A stretch of 64,000 nt of DNA, taken from contig JYFJ02002038.1 in the NCBI GenBank assembly GCA_000934665.2, positions 1-64,000 on the forward strand. The letters are read 5' to 3'. The position numbers and the translations under genes are program-made. The notes beneath the pieces were generated by a model. It searched no databases. It worked only from the letters and a program-made list of their open reading frames with translations, and was not told the DNA's origin. This document shows positions 46,001 through 56,661 of this stretch, in pieces. How positions within the stretch are numbered: the stretch's first letter is position 1; every line of letters begins with the position of its first letter. This DNA comes from Catajapyx aquilonaris. Lineage: Eukaryota.

Positions 46001-49000
46001 GAGAAAAAAGTGGGGCGATATAATTACCAGGGTTATTACTTGTAACCGACAAGGTCGCCTTGTTATAATAATTTGTATGAANGGGGGAACAAAAACCGAT
46101 CCTGGACCTCTCAAGATTTTTCGGGGGCCTTCACCTTCGAGGGCGTCAGACCTTTTTGAAGGGGGACTGTGCCCTAGTTTCGACACCGCGCCGTTAATTA
46201 CAATCCAATTATACAATCTCAATCAAATATTGGAGGCTAATAGGTCACGTTAGAGTAGCGATATGTAGCATACTTTTAATGTGTGTTATCTTAGCTTATT
46301 ATCAGCAATACAGTAATTGCTTCAAGTACTTGCCATGACACTATAATCAATGAAACTTGCAGCGTCCTACGATGTACGAGTAATAATCATTAGTGTCGGA
46401 GCTCGTAATTTCAACTTTAGCACGAATTATTGTAATAAGTCAAATAGCAATATAGAGTATAATTAGTTAATACGTGCGACTCCGGTGCGACTATATTACA
46501 TTTATAACCTTCATCTAGATTATAGCCTACTACTACTGTAGTAATAAAATGCAATTGAAAAACAATGTATGAAATATAATAAATGCAAATTGTAATTCAG
46601 ATGTCGAAAGATGCTCTATGTAACTTGTCACTTAAATGATTGTTATCTAGGAACTATACTGTAAATATACGCCATTAACTCATTTAATTCATCATATGCG
46701 CACAGTATATGTAGTTGCTGTCTATTTACTTGATGAAAATCCTAGCTGCCTAGACATTTTCTAACCAACAGTATTTAGTTACAAGAACAATAATTTATAT
46801 TGAAACTTGATATTGTTTCTCGAGCCTTGCTCGACGATAAGCTTTCCAACAAAACACCTCTGTTACTTGACACTCAACGACACTCTTTTTTGTGTGTGTC
46901 TAAAGTGCAAACTTGTCATCCACACTACTGCTTACATTACAACCAAAGTGAGTTGATTGATAGTGCTCCATCTCCTTATCTGAACTCCACAGTCTCTTAT
47001 ACACCATCGCGCCCTTGTTTAAATCTGCGCAACAAAAAAAGAATCGGTCAGTGGTTTGGCCAAACAATCAGCAGGGTAATTGAACCCGAGTCTCCCGATT
47101 GCAGGACAGGCCATTAATAATTCCCGCGGAGCATAAACCGGTGGCAAAAAGACGAGAGACCGGGGCGCATGCTGGCTTAAGGAATGTGGCCATTTTTGGG
47201 GGACCCAGTGCGAAGGAGATGATAGGTTTTGTTGGTTGGGTTGGAGGGGGGGGGGGGGGGGTGGNGGGGGATGGTTTGCCTGATTAGACGCCGGCCTAAC
47301 CGCAACCGGTTCGGCCCCAACCTGCACGAAAATGAATGCCCGCCTGACACGGAACATACACAACACTCCGAGCAAGCAACAGCAGCCTCCAGCACTACTA
47401 CTACATCTCCAAACCCAGAAGACTGCCTGGGAATTGCCCTCAGGACATGGTGCCCTTCTTCAACACCTCTTCCCCCACCAAAAAAAAGGAGAAGAAGTGA
47501 TGCCAGTAATAAATCAGGGACTGATAAATGCCCGGCTCTCCAGTGTGTGAACATATGGAGCTTTACAGGCTTTCAAAATTTTCCCAAGTGGGGAAAGACT
47601 AAAAGAGAGGTCGAATTAGCATCGTCCGTTGGCAAGTTCGAGTCCTCCAAAAATAAAAAGGGGGCAGATGGCCATCCCCCGAATCTGGCTTCCACTTGAT
47701 GATGTCCACACCGCAACAAGCGCTTTTGTGCGACAAAAATCCGGATATTGAAGCAGAAAGCCCCCGGAGGCTCCGGATTCCCACCAAACCACCCCCCTTT
47801 TGTCTTTCATTCTCTGAGACATAGCAGGGAGAGAGACAGAGAACATGTTCTCATCCCCCCCAAAAAACTAAAGGACCCTGCTGGTTGCACTAACGGTAAA
47901 AATATTCAGGATCTGTGGAAAAACGGACACGTAACTAGAGACATGGGAAGTGTCGTGATTCACTCTATAAACTCTCTGTAAAGGCTGGACGTCGAACCCA
48001 CTGTGCGATGTGAGTCAGAATCTTTTTTTTTTTTTTTGTATGGTTCAAAAAATAAAGCTACCTTGGCAAAGGCCGGAATATAATTAGCCGGTGAAGATGA
48101 GCTTCCCAGAAATGAAGAGTTGCGACGTTCTGGGGGTCAGTGTAGTGTGTAAGGTGGGTTTGCTTAAATTTTCGCTTGGCTGCTCTTGTTGCGTGGGAAA
48201 ATCCGATTCGGACCGATGCGCAAAACCATGATCTCACCTGCACTAAGGCCCCCCCCCCTCCCCCACACCTACGCCCACTCTCCTGTCCTTTTTTTTGCAC
48301 TATTTTATTCGCACATCAACGCCACGGCCTCACAAGGACAAGGGCACGCGACATGCACAAAAATCGCTCCAAAAAATAATGATAGAGACGCTCCAGGTTT
48401 TTCCAACACTCGCTGTATACAGTCGAAGCTGAATACATTGAGTTTCCGTTGATAGCACGAGCGATAAGGAGGCTCGAGGCAACGAAAAGCAAGATGATGC
48501 ATGATTATAGGCTATAGAATAGGCTATAGAAGTAGCCCACTTGTGCTTATTTTCAAACGGATTTGCAGGAGTCGTTATGTTATACGGACGTCATGTTATG
48601 TCCTTTTTTTTCGGGTCTGAAATAATGCAAAATTGCAACTTTCAGACCCGAAAAAAGGGCGATTCAGCTCCCAGTAAGTAATTTTAATTTGCATTCATTA
48701 AACGATAAAAATATGGTAGTTGGCTACATTTTTATGGCTCGCAAAAAGAAGTCCAAGGCGCGCATGAAATTCGGGTGCACGTTTTGAGATGCCAATGGGC
48801 TAAACAACTGGTCTTACTTTGCATTCCAGCAAAATGTGGTCTGCATTTCGCCACCCTCTCCCCCCCTCAATTTTTTTGCGCAAAAGAATTCGCGATAAAA
48901 GGCTCGCATGCCACTGGGACTCATCCCCGATTTTAATCACGAGAGCACCACCAGTTATGAAAAGTGAAGGAAGATTGATCATCGTGTGGCCATGATGATG

Positions 49001-50081
49001 ATGATGATGATGGAAGTGAAGCAAGCACTAACAGAGGAGCAAGGACACAACAATACACCCTGGGTTATCATCCCTGGTAATCTGGACAGGTATTAGGAAA
49101 CGCGAACTTCATGCTCGGCTTAGTCACACAAAGTTACTTGTGCATCGCCAGCAGAATAAAAGTGTGTGACTCACCCGTGCACGACTGGCCAATAGTCACT
49201 TACTCACATTGCGTGCATTTTTCCCCCGTATAATGAAGCCTCTCGCTTGATGTGCTCGCCAACTTTTAGCAAAATATCACTGAAGATTTGCAAAACGATC
49301 ACGCTTAATTTCGCGACTGATTTTTTTGTGTCCAAAATATTGCATTATAAATTATGATACAATTTTTCCTCCCGATTATAATTATATGGGACTTCTAATT
49401 TTTCTATCACGATTTGAGTATCTTATGATAATTACATTAAACGACAATTTCGACCAAAACATGATCGTTTTCCATTGCAGGTCTTCAATTTGAATGGTGC
49501 GGAGTTACATGATAATTACTTCAAATAATTTATCGGCGTGGTTCTGTCATGAGATATGCCGGAAGCAGTGTGCATCATCAAAGGAGCATGAAACCTCATG
49601 AAATTAATGTGCTGCGATTCAGGACAATTTTTACCACCTTGGTACAGTACTTTCCATACCGGTATGTAACTTTTGTAGGCCTACGAGTACTTTACCAGTG
49701 TTTCGTTACGGGTAATGGTTACAACACCTTTTCGTATCACCCTGACTTGTGTTACATCAGAACAGCATCGGCATATATTTTTTTTTGCGTATTTCCGAAC
49801 CGCAATTACTGCGTTTCGCATGCTGAAAATTGTTCACCCAGTTCCAGAGTCCGCCACGTGATGGCAGAGGAGAAACGAGCAGAGACTGGTGAGTGGCGAT
49901 GAACATCCTTCCCCACGAGGCATCTCCCGGCCACACCACAAACCACTTCAGTTGTTCCTTCAGAAGTTATTTCAATCGCACAATATTATATTCATTTAAC
50001 ATAACAAATAGAGAGGGGGGGAAAAAACAACTTTTTAATGGCTTCAGAAATGGCTGTTGCAATTAGGATCTTGTGAGGCGA

Positions 50082-53000
50082 TCAGAGGCTGTGGTCGATC
50101 ATGTATGGGTCCCGGCCCCTGATTCCTTCGAGGTAATCCCACTGCAAGTAGTAGTGCTCCACGCCAGCCCCCCCAGAGGACCTTATTCCCTTTGAGTCGG
50201 TCGGAGCTGCAGTCCTCATCCCCGCTACCTTATTCCTTCGGATGTTCTCCTTCACCCTCCTCTGGACCACCTCCCTGGCTTCCCTCAGGTCCAGCTCCCA
50301 GGTGGGACGCCATGCGATGGGGCCGTCCCAACAGTCCGTCGGTTCAACCCTGGTCATGCGCCAGGCCTTCTCTTCGCGGAGACGCTCAACCAGAACCCGG
50401 GCCATTCCCGCCAGGCTTCCGCCGGACACGATCCTCAGCTTCTCAAGGTGTCTCTCCAGCACAGTGTGGGTGGTGCTGCGACCCAGCTGCGTTCCGTACC
50501 ACTGCTCGTCCCACGAGTCCACGCTGCCCTGCCCCGAAGAGTCGCTGGCCATGGTGGACGAGGAGTCTGACGGGACGAACAAGGTCAGCTCGGACTCGTC
50601 GCTGGCGAACCTCTTGTCCAGGACCATGGCCAGTCGGAAGATGTGCTCCGGATCACGCTCCGTTTGGGGCACGGTCAGTCCCACCATGCCCGATCCGTCC
50701 GGCTCCTCCACGATGACCCCCTTCTGGTACGCCACCTGCTGCTTCCAAAGGGACATCGACGGAGGGTCCATGTACTCAAACCCTTCAGTCTCGTCGTACC
50801 GGATGGCGATGGCCCGACACATCTGCTTCACCTGCCCATTGTGCCTCGACTCCAACTCCAGCGATCCGGACTGGGTCACGCGCACCATGCACGTGTGGGC
50901 CTGGTCCAAAACCTCGGCCATGGTCCGTCGCGACGTCAACGGGTACCGGTTCTCAAGCTGAATGACGCACAAGTCTCTCGCTGTCTTCCAGAGGGCTTCC
51001 AGCTCGTACACGTGCAATGCCATCCCGTCTGGCATAGTGATGCGCAAGGAATTGTCGCATCGTGTCTGAGAAGACCCATCCGGGGCAGTCACCGTGACGA
51101 CCAAATCCGAGGAGATGTCCACCGTCGCGTAATCCGGATGATGCACGCGTCGCTCGGCCAACACCGTCACCCACTCGTCCGTATCAGCCATTCCCGGTAT
51201 TCCGTCGAACATGTACGTCCTGGTGGTCACCTTGGTCCGGTCCGGGAAGTTGATCTCCATCCTGGAGTCCGCCACGTAAAGGAGGGACCTGACGCCGTCC
51301 AGACGATGCCGCTCCTCCGCCACGACGTCGTCCCCTCGCGTCCGCAGCGTCCTCTTGTACCCATTCAACCAGCCGAACTCTTCCTTCTTCCCTTGGAACC
51401 GAACGACGATGCGCCCATCCGGACACAGCACCTGGACCACATCTTCCGGCATAATTCGGACCACCTCTCCGTTGACCGTCACGTACCTGCATAGCTCATC
51501 CTGGCCCTTGGTGAAGCTCTGCCGTACCACCGCATTCCCTCGGGTGTCGAACTTGACGTCGACCATCAACCCGGATATGGGGAAAGCCATGGTCAGCTCG
51601 TGGTGTCGCCACCACTCCTTCCGCGACGGTGCCCTGATGTGTAGTCGCTTCTTGGTCGTGTCGGGCATGGACGCTGGCGTCGCACCCCCAACAGGCACCG
51701 CCGCCATCGTCGCCGTGTCCGACTGGATCAGCCGGAACGACCCGTGCCGCCTCTTCGAGAACGGAATCCTCTTCTTCATGGCGCGGACCACCACGGTGTG
51801 ACCGGACGGTGTCACCACTCGCAGGCTCGGTACCAGCATGCCCTCCGAGGTCTTGCCAGTCACCTCCGGGTAGCACTGCAGGTAGTGGCCGCTCCTGCAG
51901 GTGACCACCAGCTTGTGCTTCCTCTTCGGGTCGCATGCCGACCAGGACTGTGTGTAGCACACCTGCGTACCGTTCGGCAGGTGGAAGGACGAGGTGTCCG
52001 TGAACAGCTCCACGTAACAACTGCTCATTTCGTAGGCCATGGATTGCTGGCCCTGCCAGCGCTTGATGGACTCGTGGTGCACCACGTAGTCCCGAAACCC
52101 AGTCGGGGTCGGTATGGCATGCGACTCCGACGTGCAGTGCTGCCACCCTCCTCCGGGCACCACCTGACCCGGGTGGTAGAACCGGACCAGAACCGTCCTG
52201 AGGGCCGGTACCATCGCCTCGTCCCACGACTGGAACTCTCGGTGCGATCTGTGCAGAAGCTGCAGAAGATCCGCGTACGAGATGCGCTCTGCGTAGTACG
52301 TCTCCTGGTCCCAGCCAGTGTCCTCCATCGTGGACATCACGTCCAGAAGTGGGTACCCCTGCTGTCCTGACCCGTGCTCCGGGAAGTTGGCCAACGCCAC
52401 GTGAATCGAGTGGAACAACTCCGGAGCAGTGATGTGCTCGCCCTGCCTGTCCCGGTTGATGAAGTGGAGCATCCGGGACACCATGCAGTGTCCGGTTGAC
52501 CAGTCAGGGTACCTGATCGTCTTTGGGTCGGCCATCCGGATCGCCGTCTGAATGGACGGAAGCATCCGGAGCACGCGAGGAGGCTCCCTCGCCAACGAGT
52601 CGTTGGTCATGTCGGACGTCGACACCAGTCTGGGAAACGCCAGCACCGCCGAACCTCCCGACGACTTCCGGCTGTCGGACCCACCATACGGAACGGACAC
52701 GTACCGGACGTCCTCCCTGATCCCTTCTTTCAGGACGCATACCTGGTCCGCCATCACGTCCAGTATGCTGCTGACACATACACCTCCCTGCGACAGTCCT
52801 TCGATGGTGTCCAGCCTGCTCCGGTACAGCCCCAGGTATTCCCTGGACGGAGGCCGGTGCGTCGGTAGTGTCACGACGCGAAGGGACTCCAGGAAGTCCT
52901 TGTGGGACATGTAGAGCTGCCACAGCTCGTGCACCGTGCTCTTCAACAAGACCACCACCTCGTCATCCACTTTCGCTTTGGGCTTGGTGGTGGTGGACCC

Positions 53001-54029
53001 ATCCGACGTTGAGCTTATCACGCTCAGCGCGCTCATCTTCTTCGAGGCTGTGACACTGAGGGTGGGAATGGGGACGGCCACTGTCTTAGCCGCCACCTGG
53101 TGCAAGGGGTTGCCTAAGGAGTTGGCTCGAATGAAGTCCTCCACGTCTGAATGGAGGTCGTCGTTTGCCACAGGCGCACCCTGCATCCGGATCACTCCCA
53201 GAACCAGAACGCCTTTCAGTGAGCAAATTGAAGTAAATGCCAAAGGTCAAAATGAAGATGATGCGCTCTATGTGCCCTTCCACTCTTAATAAATTAAAAA
53301 CCAGCCATTCTGCTCACCCATTCTGAGAAGCTCCTTCAAGACTTCCGCCTTGTAGAGGCCTAGGATGATGGCGACGCACTCCGGACTGGAAAGGCTCTCG
53401 TCTACTGCTGGGGGGTTGTCCTGGTGGCCATCCACCTTCGCAGTGTCCACGTTGGGCGTATTTGAATCCCTGGACGCCTTGGTCTCCCCCGTGGGAGGCT
53501 TCTCCCTCGAGAGCAGGTCGGCCCTGATCCTCAGGAGGTGGCTCTTGATGGCCTGTGCCACCAGCCTCGGGGGCGGTCCAGGAGAGTTGGGTGAGGCCAG
53601 CCTGTCCTGGTTGATCTTCTGCAGCTTCTTGAAGGGCTGTGGGAAAGGAGGGGCAGGCGAGCACTTTCCCTTCAGGGACATGTCCTGCTCCAGGACTGTC
53701 CAGTCCACGAAGCGGGTGCTCTGTCCCAATTCCTCTCCAGGGAAGGTCATCGCGGGAGTCGTCCCTCCACTACTTCCAGTGAGGTTCAATATGGACTGCT
53801 GGCTTGTCCTGACCCCTGTGGTCGGGGTGGAGAGCGGGGTGGAGATGTCCGACGGGGTGGAGGGCGGCTGGGGTGGTGCGGCGGACACTGCGATGACCAC
53901 GCACCTCCAGGGGGGCACCTTCTGGGTCAGGTTCAAGGGCATCTCCTCCAGGGCCATCTCCCAAGGGGACTCCCCGTTTGGGCCCCGGACCGTGCCCAGG
54001 GGTTCCTTGGCGGACTTCTTGGGCGCCAT
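50082..54029 (-). CDS. SPAG17: SPAG17/PF6-like central-pair axonemal protein, complement(join(50082..53212,53318..54029)), about 1280 aa
   Basis: The 247-aa and 1053-aa minus-strand ORFs are joined by a 105-nt phase-1 intron (ATG G|gtgagc ... actgaaag|GC GTT), giving 3843 nt. The N-terminus (MAPKK..PWEMAL..PWRCVVIAV..LVAQAIKSHLLRIR..AIILGL..LLRMGVLVLGVIRM), the central VSSILDVMADQV and C-terminal FPDxT/PDG beta-repeats resemble SPAG17 as I recall it. This was recognised from memory, not by search. A probable 5' UTR acceptor lies at 54043 and ATTAAA at 50034-50039 (minus strand). Confidence 0.78.
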
Positions 54030-55941
54030 CTCTCACTGGCACCTGGGAAGAAAGCCAAGTGCTCCAGAGGGCGATCGATGTGTTGGCTGGTTTATCTTAA
54101 CGAGAGAAAAATACAACCTTATTCTTATAAGACAGCCCTTCAAGCTCACTAATCTCTAACGTAATTATTGGTGGAACTCACCGAGTGTCACTTATAATCC
54201 AACTATCCAGGTATGCGTCACTCTCCAGCTTCCTCAACCCGCACACTGCTCCTTTGAAAGGCGAAACGAACTGCAAAAGAAGTGAAGGTGCGACGCTAAT
54301 TCCACGCCAGAAGCAGCAACTCCTGGAAAAGGTCACGGCAATGAAAAAAAGAGTAATCAACGCAGGGTAGCCAGCCTTCCCGTGTATCCAGGTATACAAC
54401 AATGAAAATCACGATGAAAACAGTGAAAAGTTGCTCCCCTATGCGTGAGTCTGCTGCTTAATATGCTTCTTCAACAAACACCTGTAAAACGATATACCAG
54501 AGAAAAGTGCTGATCTGAAAATGGATGGTGAAATGATGCAGGTTATAACCTCGTATGTGGTTGAAATCAAAGTGAAAACTTCCAGACCTATCCTGTTTCT
54601 CTCGGCATGTTTTCCTACTCAATTTGTAAGGAAACAGCACACGATTTTTGCTGCTGCGACTTTAAAAGACCCTAAAATTTTGCGAATTTGTCAGCTTGCA
54701 CGCAATCGCGTGAATACTTCATATTTCAATCCACGGTCGCATTTAAAAAAAGGTTTTGTTGCCAGCAGAGACACTCCTCATGAGCCAAAAACTTTGCAAA
54801 AGTACAGGGATACAAAAAAAAACATCACAGCAAATATAATTATTGATTTATTTCAGGTTGTGTTGCTATTTCTCCTCCGTACAGCAGTCTACATGATGCC
54901 TCATTTTGCATGCTGCACAACCAGACAAACGCCATTTCAAAAGTCTTTATTTAACACATATCAGTGATGTATAGGCTACTATAGGAGGAAATTCTCTTTC
55001 AATTTGCCCTTATATCATTTGAGGCCATGACTAAATTTAAACAAACCAAAAAAACAACAACTCGAGATCTATACGTATATATGGATGGCAGGTCATGAGG
55101 TTGTGTTTTCCTTGTATCACCATTGTGATTGATGAAACATGGGGTCAGGTTTTTCCTGTTACCATCTTATGTTTGAATGCCCAATATTTAATATGCCTCA
55201 CAGTCAATACCTGAACAATGTTTCACACTATCCTACAAATTATTTTCATTTGACATTCTCTGATCCCATTAAATCGACTATTTTTGATGTATACAATTTC
55301 TGTTGGTATATGGGCATTTATGTCTATGTGTGATGTATGAGGTTGTGTCCCCCTATACGAGCAATTCTCCATAACAGGGAATAAAAACAAACAAACAAAC
55401 AAACAAACAAACAATACTGGTAAATGTCTTGAAATGTACCAAAACTCTGTTACATAAAGATTATAAAATAATTTCAAATACATATGACCTCAGTATAGCA
55501 ATAGACATTTCATGCTCGAACATCTGAAATGCTCACCCTGGATTTACAAAAAAAAACACACACACCCATATAAAAACCACAGTTCGTGTATACTGTATAC
55601 AGTGAATCATTCAATAGAAACCTGAGAGGCAAATCGATGACAGCTAATTACTCGTGCATTACTGCACTATGAAACCCAAGATATTGAAATCCGAATGTAT
55701 GTTGGACACTCCCTATATTGGACATTTTCCTTGGAACCGCCAGTGTCCAGCATAGACAGGTGTCACCGTATTTATCTTCGTCTTAATGCAGAAAGGAATT
55801 TTTCGCAAATTTTTAAATGATCACCATATATGCCATATGGAATAAAATCTTTCATTATACGGTACTTTTGCAATTTTTTACAGAAATTCGTTGAAAAATG
55901 TAGAGAAGTAATGTCATCTCAGACCTGAGGTCCAATATATT

Positions 55942-56411
55942 TTATTTTTATTATTATTTATTTATTATACCCTGTGATAAACCTACTGGCTTTGTAGGGG
56001 GTGGAATACCACCATTTTAGCTATTTTTCCGACCTTTTTCTCTCACCGGTGCAGGGGACAGGATAGGTATAATGAGGGTGGGGGATACGGGTCCAGGTGC
56101 ATTGTCATCACGTTGGGGGTCGTGTGCAGTCCCCCAGGGGGCCAAGCTTAACAGTTAACACACCCCCCTAGGTGCGGGGTCAGAAACATCCCTTCCCCAC
56201 TGACACCGCACCTCCTCAAGGACAGGACAAGGATAGGAAAGGAAGGAAGCGGCGGTGGCCTATTAATTTAGGAAACAACTCCGGAATTCTCCTGGAGGAA
56301 CCGTGGGAAACCACAGAAAACCACGGTTAGAGTTGCCGGCACCGGGGATCGAACCCAGGACCTCCCGATTAGCAGCCGGATACCATATCCCCTCCGCTAC
56401 CACTGCTTCGG
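55942..56411 (-). mobile_element. Full-length tRNA-derived SINE with 16-bp TSD
   Basis: Minus-strand head with A-box-like TGGTAGCGGAGGGG and B box GGTTCGATCCC; body GTGGTTTTCTGTGGTTTCCC..TAGGCCACCGCCGCTTCCTTCC; A-rich tail; TSD TGAGGTCCAATATATT at 55926-55941 and 56412-56427. Confidence 0.9.
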
Positions 56412-56548
56412 TGAGGTCCAATATATTGGATATCTAATTTTGCAAAGAGTAATTGCAAAAAATATATGATATTATTTAAAATGGCTTCTACACCTCCCCT
56501 ACAGAGCTTTCTTTCCAAGTATTACTAAATAATTGCACCAATGGCTTC

Positions 56549-56661
56549 TCAGGTCTCAGGAGGGTGTGGTGTCTCCCTAGTGTGAATTCGTATGTGACAT
56601 TTTAGATTCCCTGCCTGCGAAAACTTTTTCTGACACACCCGACAACTGTATGGCTTCTCAC
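56549..56661 (-). pseudogene. Out-of-frame 23rd zinc finger immediately after the ZNF stop codon
   Basis: The minus strand reads ACT CAC A GGT GAG AAG CCA TAC AGT TGT CGG GTG TGT..., i.e. [37 protein letters not shown] in a shifted frame. Two nucleotides are missing from the expected CAC ACA GGT. Confidence 0.85.

Noticed and set aside
50192..54159. Several long plus-strand and alternate-frame ORFs (174-283 aa)
   Set aside because: Shadow ORFs of the GC-rich SPAG17-like coding sequence; no recognisable domains.
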